This document shows positions 19,570 to 32,276 of a stretch of DNA of 64,000 nt, piece after piece. Source of the DNA: Candidatus Altimarinota bacterium (GTDB taxonomy: Bacteria > Patescibacteriota > Gracilibacteria > BD1-5 > UBA2023). How positions within the stretch are numbered: position 1 is the stretch's first letter; every line of letters starts with the position of its first letter. The DNA lies in NCBI GenBank assembly GCA_031375155.1, contig JANMHM010000057.1, forward strand, positions 2,661 to 66,660, in the 5' to 3' direction. A program made the position numbers and the translations under genes. A model generated the notes under the pieces. The model did no database searches. It saw only the letters and a program-made list of their open reading frames with translations, and was not told where the DNA came from.

Positions 19570-22500
19570 TTACCGTACCACTCGACTGACACTATAGTTG
19601 TTCAGGAAGTTCGAGAGAAGTGGTGGAGGGTTCACGAGAGCACGATTCGAGTACGAGAGGATCACTCCTGTCGTGAGGATGTCATAGGCATTGGTACCAC
19701 GGACATAGAGACGAGAGCTGAAGAGTGGAGTCGCATTTCCATACATGCTTCCATCGAGACGGAGAATAGCGGTAGTGGTAGCAGCACCATCGAATGTGAG
19801 ATTTCCACCTGTAGTAACCGGTATAGCTACATAGACTCATGCGAGATTGGTTACCGCTCATACATTCGGTATACCTGCTCCATTATAGATTTTGATATCA
19901 CCATTTTTCGTGATAAATGCCCAGCTCGAGGTTGTATCTGCATATTGGATGTTACACTTGATGATGAGAGTCCCTTCGACGATGAGTGTACGGACTCCAT
20001 CGAGAATAAATGTATTATTTGGACAGTTTTCGATAGTGACAGTCCCTCGTACTGAGAAGATATTCGAGTTTCCGTTCAGCTTGTAGGGAGAGAGATTTGC
20101 TACCGAAGTGATAGTAAGTCCACCAACTGGCACTACGGTATTACCTATAGAGATAGGAGTGTAGGTAGCTCCTATAGAGCTAGTGGTAACTGTAGTAGTC
20201 GTCGTACGTGCAGAGAACCTAGAAAGAAATGCTTGGATCGCAGAATCTGGTCTAAAGTACTGAGATATTGTACGGTTCACTGTACTCGAAGTACCACCCA
20301 CCATCACAGAGGAAACACGCACCTGGAAGACTGCCATATCGATAGCTGCTGTCGGTTCTGTGATAGGATTTTTATTGAAGAGTGTCATAGCATCATTTCA
20401 GAGAGTATTACCTATAAATGCATCCTTCAGTCGTGACGAGTTTGTTGGATATGTAGTAGAGTCAGAGCCCTTAAAGAGGGTTACTGTATCGCCTATTGGT
20501 CATGTTAATGAGATATTTCGATATGTTCCATTGGAAAGTCTTTCTTGTGCATATCCACCATTTATCACAACATACTGTGATCAATTCAGAATAATTGCAG
20601 GATTATAGCGAGAAAGTGTATTACAAACAGTGGCCGAAGAAATGGATGTTCCTAGAGATTTCAGGCACATTTCTCTGTCTGCAGGAAGGAGAAGTGCTCC
20701 AGCATACCTAGTATCTACATCGAGTGTGACCTTGTCTGCGATCGTGAAGACTCTGGTATTTTTTCCTACGACGACACTATTTTGAGTAAATGGCTTTTTA
20801 AGAAAAGTAGAAGCCCCGAGATTCCCAAATCCTGGAATTGATATAGAAATACCTGTGATAGGATTGGCTCATGGATTAGTCAAGAGTCTGATTTTACAAG
20901 CATCTACGTCTCATCTTTGCCCACACCATGGTGCACCTACCACATCACATTCTTCCCCTGCAGAAGATCCGAGAACCCCATCACCACAGAACCCACCACC
21001 ACCTCCAGAACAACTCGGACCACTACATCATCCCCCTGGACCACTACAGGTGAGAGTATTACCATCATTACATTCAGCAAGTGTTTCATAACAACTAATT
21101 CCGCCGTTATAGGTGCTACATACTCCCTTACTTGGATGTCATTGCGTAGAACATGCCCGTATACCATTAGCACATGTCGGTACATAGTATGTAGGAGTGC
21201 CTACCCCATCTCGTGTCGTGATAGACACTCGACATGCACCGATTTCTGATCCTGAGAAGAGAACATTTGGATTAGATTTTTCTCGTACAGCACAGGTCGT
21301 GATCTGTGTCGTGCTCGTCGCATTCGGGAGATCACAGATACGACTACTCACTCCGGTAAATGCTGAGCCAGAGCTCGTGTCTCCTAGTCCACACTTGATC
21401 GAGTATTCGAGATTCGCGGTCGTTCCAGTATATCAGAGAGCGACACATGAGTATGTGATAGGTGTACGTGGACTCTGAGGACTGATACCAGGAGAAGCTG
21501 TGAGAGTCCCACAGTTCGCACCGATCATGATTTCGATATTGGCAGGATCAGTATTGTTGGTAGGATTGGTATCTCATGGATTCCTCACTGTTGCGACATT
21601 GGAGTACTCTCCTGCTGGGATAGTAGTCACTGTATCAGCGAGGACGACGATATCTGGGAATGATTCTGTCATAGCGAGATCTGTAGAGCGAGTACAGATA
21701 AATGATCGAGAATTATTTCCAGAGATAGCACAGCTCCAGCCTGTACCTGTCACCGAAGTGATAGTGGTACCATTTGGAAGGGTATCTTCGACGGTCGTCA
21801 GTCCAGTAGCCGTCACAGGACCGAGATTTTGTACCTTGAAAGTATACTGTAGTTTTCCTCATTGTGGAACTGTGAGGATATCACGCTCTGGATCTGAGCC
21901 GTCATTGGACGTCTGATGATCACCATAACGCTGTGGCAGTCCACCTACCATTTCTGCGACATATTTTTTGATCGCGAGGTCAAATGAGTTCGGAGGTACG
22001 ATCACGACGATTACTGGATCACAGTTATTCACTTTATAAAATCCATTATCCGGATCAAAGAGTGCGTTATTATTGGGATCTCCTGCATTTTCGAGACAGG
22101 CGATATTTCGATACTGTCCTGGGAGCAGAGTAGGCGCGATATTTGCCGTGAGAGTGATGACTGAGCTGTATTCACCTTTTGCGAGGATACGATCTGTAGT
22201 ACATGAGAAGGATTTATTGTCTCCTGCTTTTGTACATGTCCAGTCACCCTGAGGTGATGCCATGGAAGCGATCGTGATACCAGAGGCAAAATCAGAATCT
22301 GTGACCGTGATACGCCCACTCGATGATTTTTCTCCGAGATTTTGTACGATAAATGTATAGACGACCGTACCTCAAGTGAGAACTTTCGTAGCCTCATCAT
22401 CACCGTTAGCAAATTTTTTGATGCGCAGATCAAATCCATCTGGATTCGGAGGATTCACGGTAGCAGGGTCAGAGTTCTGGAGATCCACGGTACATCGAGA

Positions 22501-25500
22501 TTCAGTCCCTGTAGGTATAGCATTATTGGCGAGACATGTCTTTCCTGGAGCTTCAGAAGGATTATGGACAAATGCCCTATTCACATATCCTTCTGCCTTA
22601 AATGCGACACTATTTGCCTTCACAGGGACAGTAATCACGGGAAATACTTGGTTGGCTTCGATGGTTGCAGTAGTCGTACACATGAATCTATCACCTCACA
22701 CTACCCCCAAACATGTCCATCCATTTCCAGATGGTACATCTCGAAGAACTATCGGAGATGGGAGGATATCGATGACAGTCGTCACTCCAGTACTCGTCTC
22801 TGGTCATACATTTTGGACGACGATATTATAGTTATAGTCTTCTGTCGGAAGGATAGAGGCAAATACATCTTCTCCTTTCGCGTATTTCTTGATACGAAGA
22901 TCGAAATTCTTGGTCTCGACTGGAGGCGTATAGCTCGCACGACATTCAGGTGAAGTCTGTCCACCAGCGGTACAGTTCCATGTATACTGGAAGTTTTCGA
23001 TATTAAAACTCGGATCGAAACCAAAAGTCTGAGTAAATCCTGTGACTGTCCCGACACTACAGAGTCATGGAGTCGATGAGATGATCGGTGCAGAAAGTGC
23101 TCATGAGATTGTCGAACTACATAGTGGAGTATTTACGAGGGATACAGTGATAAATGCAGGATCAGAATTTGTCGTATCCTGTGTACAGCTCGCTGTATCG
23201 GTAGTCGGGAGAGAACCATCAGCATTACAACGATTCGTCTCATTTGGATTATCGACAGAGGCGATATTTTTTATCGTTCCTGTGGTCGCTGTGACTCGGA
23301 ATGGTACTTCGATATCAGGAGCAAATCCACCAGTATGCGCTATAGAAGAGATAGTGGTACAATTCAGTACACGTCCTGAGACACTACATGTCCAGAAACC
23401 ATTTCCATTTACTGTTCCAGTATAGTCTACACCTGCGGGAAGGATATCTCGAACGGTAGTGATTCCAGTAGTAGCAGACGGTCCATTATTGATCACACGG
23501 AGTGTATACTTATACGTAGCTCAGTTATTGACCGATATACCTGGTGCGAAGTTGGCATCATCAGAGAAATTAAAATATTTCCTAATCGAAAGATCGAATC
23601 CTGTAGAAACAGGAGGAGTCACTGAGAATACTGCTGGATCTGAATTATTATTACCATAGTTATTCGCAGGGTTCTCATCTGGATTGGATACAGTACCGAT
23701 ATTCGTGACAGTTCCAGTCGTAGCCGTGACGACTACTGGTACAGAGATATTTGGGTATGTTTGTCCAAAAGGGAGACTATCCGATCGACTACATGTGATC
23801 GTCGAAGCGACTGGAGCTCCGTTACATGACCATCCTGGAGCTGAGATATTTCCGTTTGGATTGACTCCGAGTGGGAAAGTATCGGTTACAGTCGTCGTAT
23901 TCGAAGTGCTCGCTAGACCTTCATTTTTCACACGGATAATATAAGTAAAGGCATTACCTGTATTTTTGGCAATCCCTGGAGCTGTCTGAGCATCACCTAC
24001 AGCGTCGACTGTATCGATATATTTCTTCAGAGATAAGTCAAATGTCGAAGGAGTAGGTGTTCCTGTAGGATTTACTGGAGTATTACAGTTCTGGATGCGC
24101 GAAGGACTGAAATCATCAGATACACACTGTACTGTATAGCTTCCTGCCGTTGCATATGTACATACTCCATTCGCAGCATTCACTGTCTGACCGTTTCCAC
24201 AGTCGATCGTGACGGGAGAGACAGGGTTAGATATATTACAAGCGACACTATAACTTGCCGGAAGAGTATTCACCGCTGTCGTACGAGTCGCTGTAGCGCT
24301 TACACAGGCTGGAGGAGGAATATAAATATTTACTGGCTGACAAGAAGTATTACATCCTGGAGTCGCCGTTCCCCATCCATTACGAGTCGTATCTGTCGGA
24401 TCACAGAGCTCAGCTCCATTTCTCACACCATCACCACACTGTGGTCATACCACAGGAGGAGTATAGCTAGTCGTACAGCTCGGGCTCGATCCTCCTGGAC
24501 CGACACAGTTCCATGCATAGACGATAGGACTCGATCCTGTAGTCTGGAATCCTGCAACACTTGTCCCTGCTGCACAGAGTCCTGGAGACTGGAAGGTAAT
24601 AGGAGATGAGCTCACAGCAGGTAGAGTCGTAGGACATACCGGTGGTGGGGTGACTACTGGTGGAGTATAGCTCGTAGTACAGCTCGGGCTCGATCCTCCT
24701 GGACCGACACAGTTCCATGCATAGACGATAGGACTCGATCCTGTAGTCTGAAATCATGCAACACTTGTCCCTGCAGCACAGAGTCCTGGCGACTGAAATG
24801 TGATAGGAGAGGAGCTCACAGCAGGTATAGTCGTAGGACATATTGGAGCAACTGGAGGAGGGGTCGGTCCGACAGCACCACACGTGATAGCCGTACCACT
24901 GGTACAGGTCCATGTCGCGGTGACTGTATTGTTCCAGAGTCCAGAGATATCTGGACTCGTACGACCATCGGTAGCGGTACCGACAGCACAGAGGTCTGTC
25001 CATATACGAGTCGCCGCTACAGTGACGAGAGGATTGGCAGCTTGGACGCTATACGGAAGAGTAGGGTCACCGAGTGGTCCACATACTGGCGGAGGAGTGA
25101 CTGGTGGTATATAATCTGCCATACATGATGGACTCGATCCATTCGCATTACTACAAGTCCAAGAGTAATTTATGGGATTTGTCCCTGTTGCCTGAAATCC
25201 TGTAACATTTGATCATGACGGACAGAGACCTCATGCACTCGAAGTAATAGATGTTGTCTGATTTCATACAGTAGATCCACATACGGGAGGTGGAGTGACT
25301 GCGACTGGCTGACATGTCGCACTACAAGTCGATCCTGTCTGACCATTCTGAGCACCGAGATCACACTGTTCACCGTCAACTACATCAACAACTCCATCAC
25401 CACACCAGGTAACTTCATATGGTTGACACTCGTTATGAACATATGGTCCGACGAGACTAGATCATCGAATCTCACCATACATGACACTATAGCGAATATC

Positions 25501-25848
25501 TATAGCATTCGTTCTTCGTTGAGCTCATGTGCTAGGAGTAGGAACAACATAAGCAGAACTCGCTATGATTCTCGAGCTTTGTCCTGCTCAGACTATCTGA
25601 TTTGCACTCACTGCTCGAAATACTGGTCAAGAGCCACCGTACATACTCGAGAAGTTTACAGCCGATCAGCCATCATCGATTTGGATGGAATATGGCGATC
25701 CATTGGTCAGATCGTCAGAAAAATATATTGTCTGACCCGCACGGATTTTTTCCGAAGGAAAGCTCTGGTCACATACAGCTGCATAAGCACTTGTATGGAA
25801 AGTGATGAGAGCAAGAGCAGAGAGGGCAAGAGAGAAGTATGTTCTCAT
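19570..25848 (-). CDS. giant secreted surface protein with DUF11-type repeats (2092 aa)
   Basis: All minus-strand fragments (25666-25848, 24754-25122, 23521-24426, 23101-23496, 22372-22683, 21859-22263, 21574-21816, 21139-21351, 19858-20388) share one frame. I found only TGA between them, and the first TAA is at comp. 19570-19572. Signal peptide MRTYFSLALSALALITFHTSAYA. Repeated modules begin FDLxxKKY and end TNxAxVxNPxE. Confidence 0.85.
24461..24840 (-). repeat. near-identical tandem coding repeat (period 204 nt) inside the giant gene
   Basis: About 176 nt at 24461-24636 recur at 24665-24840 with a handful of substitutions. They encode CPTT(I/L)PAVSSSPITFQSPGLCAAGTSVAGFQTTGSSPIVYAWNCVGPGGSSPSCTTSYTPPV. 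A diverged third copy lies near 25090-25260. Confidence 0.8.
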
Positions 25849-25889
25849 AGAGAAATAGTGAAGAGGTGAAATAAGTCTAGATTCTATAT

Positions 25890-26069
25890 TTATTTGAGTG
25901 TGCTTCCTGAAGTATCACCAGGCGTGTTATATTTGAGGGTTTCTCCAGGGATTTCTTGAGTTGTATACGCCCTGTTTTCGTCATTCATTTTATTCTTATT
26001 TTGGATAAACAGATATACTCATCCTGCGATGATGGTAACTGTAAGTACGATGAGAAGAGTGATTTTCAT
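25890..26069 (-). CDS. small single-pass membrane protein (59 aa, hypothetical)
   Basis: MKITLLIVLTVTIIAG-G-VYLFIQNKNK... lies between the two giant genes, 21 nt after the upstream stop and 41 nt before the next start. Confidence 0.5.
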
Positions 26070-26090
26070 AAGAAAAATATTGAAGATAAA

Positions 26091-29000
26091 TTATTTTTTA
26101 GCTGGTGGATTCTCTGGTTGCCCGAATTTCTTCTCTTCTATCTTTCAGGTCTCCCAAGGGGAAGGTCATATAGATGACGTATTGAGATTTGCCCCTATTT
26201 GGTATGCATTTGCCGCGGCACCAGTCATATTGTATACAAGAGGCTGTACAGAGGGAGTGGGAGGAGGACCATAACTCAGTCCTTGTCCTGTACCGATAAC
26301 ACCTCCTGTAGTAGTTGTCCCTGTAGTCGAGACGTTTGGATCTGTGGTGACTCTACCAGTATTTGGTTTCGTCGTGATGCCACCATCGCGAGTGATCCCA
26401 CCAGCACCAAGCGTGAGGATATCTGGAGTCCACATTGGATTGCCACCGAATGTTACTTCTTCGGTAACTGTACGAGTAGATTCTTGCTTATCGACGACTG
26501 ATCTTGTAGTAGTACCTGGAACACCTGGGACGTCTTCTTTAGAAATTCTAGAGATATTTGGTGGATTGAGAGCAAATCACAGGTTGAAACACTCTGCGTG
26601 TTTTTCGAATGAGAGAAATGCGTTGAGACGATCTGCTCAGAGAGTTACAGAGTAGCCAAGTTCCTTCATATCAGGTGTAAGTTCTCAGTATACTATGAGT
26701 TTCTTTATATCAGCATCTCATACGCTCTGAGGGAAATTAAGATTCGGGTTTTTACGGTATCTATCCACGGTAGCTTGAGACATATTCGTCTCGATATTTG
26801 CGAGGATCTTATTCTTCATGCTAGCATCAGTAACGACTGATGGAATACCTATGACACGAGTATTAGAGTAGGATGTATCTCGGATATCCTTATATCCTTG
26901 TTGTCCATTTCCTTGAAGCTGATTGAAAGTGATGACAGCCGTAAATCCTCATTTGAAAATATCACCAAGATTATTTACATTTGCCTTATCTATATTTCAG
27001 ATACTCGAAACAATCTGCATAACTTCAGCTTTCGATAAACCATACTGCACAGCAAATTGCTCAGCGAGACTTCCACTCTTTCCACGAGCTTTTTCATAGT
27101 ATGATTTGATTTTTTGTTGATTTGGATCATCTGCGAGTTCGCGAGATTCCCGTCATCCAGAAGAGAGAAATACCACTGCGTCGAAAAACTGTTGAAGATT
27201 CGTATTTGTATCATTCATTTTTTCGAGAAGAAGAGCCCTCTCAGGAATATTTTCATATGTCTTCAGAAGACCAATAAATAGTCTCTTTGCCTCAGTAGAC
27301 TGATTATTTTTGGAAAGAGTTTGTATATTTGTCATTGTCTTTTCATCGAGACGAAGCTCATAGATATAATCTGCGAGTCACTTTTGCATGGTCTTAAGAC
27401 TCTCTGCAACATCGTTTTTCTGTGATGAAAGTGCAACATCTTTCTGTACGTCTTTTTTAGAAGGTGTCCCTGGTATCGTTTCTGTAAGGGTCGTATATGT
27501 TGCTGGGATAGTTTCCGTCTTTGTAACAGTAGCAACCTTTGCCTCACTATATTTGAGATTCATCTGATACCATTCGAGATAAGCAAGAGGGATCTTGAAT
27601 CCTGGCGCAATAGAAAGTCAGATACCCCCACCTGAGAAATCTCGGTTATTTTTGGTACGATTTGCTTCATTTACGACAGTATTCTCGAGTTCCGCTTCGA
27701 GGAGCCCGAATATTGCTCCTGCACGTTTCTGAAGAGTATCTGCATTTGCTCCTGAGAATCAGTGTCGGTTATATGTAGCCTTGAGCTTCTCTGAGAATAC
27801 TTGGAGATTGACATCATCGACTCCTGCAGGGAATGCTTTTTCTAAGATTTTTTTGAGTTCGTCCTTTTCTGAAGATACACTAGAGAGATCCTTCGCGAGA
27901 GACTGGAGACGAGCATAGGTATCACCGATCTCACGAGCACGATCGACAGAATGTCAGAGCATCACTGTGAGGTTTCCTGTACCCGCTGTCACAGAAAGAG
28001 TCGTATTTCCTATATCTCCGCTTCATCCGAGTTGCATAGCACGAACTTTATCTTCGAGTCTGAGTGCGAGAGAACCGAAAGGATGAAAACTTGGCTGTGG
28101 AGTAAACTGTGCCCCAACACCGACTCATGCACTCAGAAATGCACTCTTCTTATCGGTCGATCCTACAGCAAAACGAGAGATAATTGGATAATACATTGTA
28201 ATTCCAGGAACAAATGCTGTCTTTCCTCACTCATTGATACTCGTGAGTCCTACAGAAGCCTTCATACCACTCAGCATACCATCGACCTTCGTGAAGTCTA
28301 TACTTCCATTGGCTCCATACATACCACTTCCTCCGAGAGCCCAGAGATGCTCACCACTACGCATCCATGTAGAGAGAAAGCTTGTTTCTGTAAGTTCTTT
28401 TGCTGCTTTTTCGAGGGCTTTTCTCTTTGTTGCATCAGTCTCTACACTTGCTTGCTTCGTGAGGTCTGCACAGAGAGTAACATATTGGTCTTTTCATGCT
28501 GCTTCGAGCTTTGCCCGAACATCACTCGACATAAGTGCATCTCCGACTTTCAGAAGTCGATTATTTATTTCTGTCTTGTCATTGCGGAGAAATCCTTCGA
28601 GCGATACACCGAGAGCTAGTGATTCATTCATAGCCTGAAAGAATCTTGCTTTTGCTGTCGGGTCTTTCCATGATTCTATATTGCCCTGTACGCCAGCTGC
28701 TTGGGAAAGGGTAGTAAGGGTGACATTGGTATTTTGAAGAGCTTTTTCGAGACGAGCCTTATCCATGCGACCTTCTTGGAAGTCGGAAAGATATGTTCTT
28801 AGAGAAGTGATATCTGTAAGTTTTGAAGCGCCGTCGAGAGCCTTACGAGCATCGAGTGCAGTAAGTCCGTTATCATAGTATGCTTGCATAGTTCTGAGCT
28901 CTGTTTGGATAGTTGGATCTGCCTTCATGCTACCATTCGACTGATAGTATCTCTCGAGGAATGACTGTATACCCTCTTTTTCTCTTGAACCAAATACTCC

Positions 29001-30137
29001 ATCAGGAGTATAGCTTTTGATAATTTTCTCTGCTTGCGCTGCACATGATCGTTGATCTTGAGGTTCTCGTATAGGGCTATTTGCTTCTGTGAGATTGTAG
29101 AGAAGATCTTTTTTATCTGTCTCCGTCATACGACCGACCATCATATAGAGTGATCTCATGTTGGTATCACCAAGGGTTCCTTTCTCGAAAAACCCACGTT
29201 CAGTTTTTGCTCATGTAACAGCCTTGTACTGATCACCGAGCTCTGTAGTCCCGCGAATATTACGTTCTGGTTTTTTGGGCGTATCTACTTTCTTTGGTTC
29301 AACTTTACTGTCGACTACTCATGTATATTTTCTTTTGAGTACATTCACCATTTTATAATATTCAGAAACCTGTGGAGACTGTTTTTTATCATATTCTTCA
29401 GCTTTCTTGAGGAGAATATCGAATCCTCCCTTACTCAGTCATGCGAGTTCTTTTGGAATGACATTATCTTTATCATCACACTCATATGCTGTCGTAACTT
29501 TTGTGAATTTTCAGTCGAGAGTTTCTGTAGTTTCTGTAGCCTGAGCTGGTTTCGGTGCTTCTGCTACTTTTGGTTCTGTATAATTTGCCTTGAGAACAGA
29601 CTCAAAAGATCGCTGTAATACTCAGACAGGATTGTGTGAGTCGTATATCTTTGCTTTCTCGATAAGCTGAGCAAAGTCTTCTTTGCTCACTCATATAAGG
29701 TCTGTACAGATATCTGTAGGCTTATCCTGAGTATAGAGTGTTTGTAGTTTTAGATACTTCTGTCACATGGCTGAAGTATCTTTTGCAATAGCTTCTCTCT
29801 CAGTATAACGCTTCTTTGCATCTGCATATTTTTTCTCTATATCTCCCTTAAAGGTTTTATAAGCCTCTTTATCTCTTTCTGAGCAATTTGGGGAAGCTAT
29901 GGCTTCATCGATTGCTGATATAAGTGCTTTTTTATTTTCTATATTCTCTGTAGCAAGCTTCTCGATGAGTGCTTTTACTTTTTCTGCATTCCCAAAACCA
30001 TCCCACAGAGTCTTGAGTTCCTTGAGAAGAGTCTCGGTTTTTGGCTTATCTACAGGTGAAGGTGGCTGTGTCAGCGTATCACCATTTAGCATCACCCTCA
30101 CCTTCCCGAGATTTTTTATACCATTGATCGTAAACAT
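26091..30137 (-). CDS. giant hypothetical protein (1348 aa), no signal peptide recognised
   Basis: Fragments 29763-30137, 28494-29159, 27378-27563, 27153-27335 and 26166-26435 share one frame. I found only TGA between them, and the first TAA is at comp. 26091-26093. It has a Thr/Gly/Pro-rich C-terminal tail. No known domain recognised. Confidence 0.8.
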
Positions 30138-30254
30138 ATATAAGAAATTAAGATATAGGAAGCGTTTTTTTCGCTTATCCTACGTACGATATCATATTTA
30201 TTCGATTTTTGCAAAAAATAGGAACTTTTCGTGATAGGGCATCTATTGAAAATC

Positions 30255-30282
30255 ATTTTATGAAATAAAAATACTTTGTCAA
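30255..30282 (-). promoter_or_regulatory. sigma70-like promoter candidate for the giant-gene locus
   Basis: On the minus strand, TTGACA (30277-30282) is followed by a 16-nt spacer and TAAAAT (30255-30260), about 120 nt upstream of ATG 30137. Confidence 0.4.
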
Positions 30283-30358
30283 TATAAGTTTGACTATTCA
30301 CGGAAAACTCACTAAAAAAAGACCAGCTGAATAGTCCTTTTAAGATTCTTAACAGGGT

Positions 30359-30619
30359 TTACCTACGTGGATATTTCGGTACAAAAGACTGTACATCCTC
30401 ACCGTCTTTTCCAAGCTGATCAGCTATATGAGTAAAGGCCTGATGCAGGAGTGTGCGTACCTGAGCATCATTACTTCGCATCTCATCTTGCAGATCGAGC
30501 ACGACTCATTCAAGTGAATCAAATCGAGAATCTACTTTCTGAAATCCAGATTTCATTTCAGATGTAAGATCGAGAATCATTTGTTCTAATTTTGTAGTAT
30601 CTGGCATGTGAATATGCAT
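30359..30619 (-). CDS. small coiled-coil protein (hypothetical)
   Basis: MHIHMPDTTKLEQMILDLTSEMKSGFQKVDSRFDSLE-G-VVLDLQDEMRSN... shares the RFDxLEG heptad pattern with 42351-42644. Confidence 0.5.
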
Positions 30620-30727
30620 TATAGATAAATATATAGGAATAGTGTACTCCTCTTTTTTGGGAAATCAAAAATGTCGAACCATTTTGGCTCGACATTGAGA
30701 AAATATATTTTGTATACTTTGTATGTA

Positions 30728-31594
30728 TTATACTCGTCTTCGAAGTGTGAACATCAATCCAAATGCTATGAAGAATGCTGCAGCTATAAGAAGAAGTGTC
30801 TCAGGACCTGTCTCAGTTTTCGTGATATCTTTCGGAGGTACTGGCTTCGGAGTGACAGGAGTCACTGGAGTAGCCGGAGTGACTGCTGGAGCATCGAGCT
30901 TATAGGCGACACACTCGTAGTGAGTAGTAGCAGGACTCTCGAGAGCTGTAGCAAGATCGATAGAATGAGCTACTGTAGGGAATCTGAGAATACCGACCAT
31001 TTCACCATTTTTTTTATCTGTCTTATCGAGTGTATATCCTGCTCAGAGGTCTGCTTCGAGAAATCTTACCTTTGTTCCAGGGGAAAGAGGAAAGTTGGAT
31101 CTTGATCCTGTACCTGTAGCTGACCACTGGATGTCACTCGAGTATTTCCATACACCTGCTTCACTGGCTGGAGTAGTCGTCCATACAGAGTTTCCAAATT
31201 TTACCATATTTGGAGTCTTTTGCTCATCTTTATACGCAATGAGAATATTCGCAGTAGTGTTGGTCCAGCTGTCGAAAAGTCCAGTCATACGACTTCCGAC
31301 TTTTACACTTCATCCGTCGAAACACTGATCACAGCTATTGACACCAAAGGCTGAATTCGAACCACAACTCACTATCTTGTACTCACCGAGAACACCTCCA
31401 GCAGAAGGACTCAGAGATGCAGATGTAGTAGCAGGCGCAGCAGAGAGAGAAGCAGAGAGTGCAGAAGAGACACTTGCGTCAGCAGCAGTCGTCGTACTCG
31501 GAGAAGTAGCACCAGTGACAGCATCAGCCGCCGAGAGAGAAGCGACAGGAGCCATCATCATGATGGCCATCATACAGAGAGAGAGTGATCTCAT
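30728..31594 (-). CDS. secreted protein with a C-terminal membrane-anchor/sorting-like signal
   Basis: Signal peptide MRSLSLCMMAIMMMAPVASLSAA and a Ser/Ala/Thr-rich linker. The C-terminus is KTETGPETLLLIAAAFFIAFGLMFTLRRRV (hydrophobic helix plus basic tail). Three fragments share a frame and are joined by TGA. Real TAA stop at comp. 30728-30730. Confidence 0.7.
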
Positions 31595-31727
31595 AAGTAG
31601 GAGAAGATAGAAAATAAATATACTCGGGCATGATATACTAGAGCGAAACTTTGTCAAAAAAAAGCTTGTATAAAGGCTTATTTTGAATACACTATTTGTA
31701 CATTTGTATTCTAATTAATTTATCACT

Positions 31728-32273
31728 ATGCTAGAGAATCTTCAACAAGAGCTCCATAAAGCCCAAGAACACTACAAGAATGAGCTTGCGAAACTCCAGG
31801 CCTGACGAGCGAACCCTGCTATAGTCGAAGGTGTCTTCATTATGGCATATGGATCGAGTCAACCCCTGCGAAACGTAGCAGCAGTATCGACTCTTGACTC
31901 TCAGACAATATCTATCCAGCCATGGGATAAGTCGATAATCCGTGATATAGAAAAAGGTATCAGTGATGCGAATCTTGGCCTTAATCCAAATAACAATGGA
32001 GAAATGATCATGATCCACATCCCACCTCTCACTGAGGAGCGGCGTCGTGATCTGACGAAGATAGCGAGTAAGATGACGGAAGAAGGAAAAGTCTCTATTC
32101 GCAATATCCGTCAAGACTATAAGAAAAAGCTCGATATGGCAAAATCAGAAAAAACAATGAGTGAAGATATACTCAAGTGATACGAGGAGGATCTCCAAAA
32201 AGATGTCGATCGAGCGATCAAAGAAATCGATACACTTCTCAGTCATAAAGAAGCAGAAATCATGAAGGTATAA
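31728..32273 (+). CDS. frr: ribosome recycling factor
   Basis: LAKLQA-G-RANPAIVEGVFIMAYGS...ISIQPWDKSIIRDIEKGISDANLGLNPNNNGEMIMIHIPPLTEERRRDL...IRNIRQD. Confidence 0.95.
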
Positions 32274-32276
32274 ATA

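Noticed and set aside
24467-25003. A 178-aa minus-strand ORF rich in Cys/Arg/Tyr, and plus-strand ORF 24800-25114.
   Set aside because: They are alternative frames of the tandem-repeat region of the giant gene. The frame carrying the signal peptide and DUF11 modules is the coherent one.
27951-28638. Plus-strand ORFs of 222 and 134 aa.
   Set aside because: They lie antisense within the continuous 1348-aa minus-strand frame. They are Cys/Ser-rich and non-protein-like.
29160-29320. I suspected a gene boundary between fragments 29763-30137 and 28494-29159, which would make two genes rather than one.
   Set aside because: On rechecking, the frame has no TAA/TAG across this stretch, and the peptide reads continuously (…YYKMVNVLKRKYT-G-VVDSKVEPKKVDTPKKPERNIRG…).
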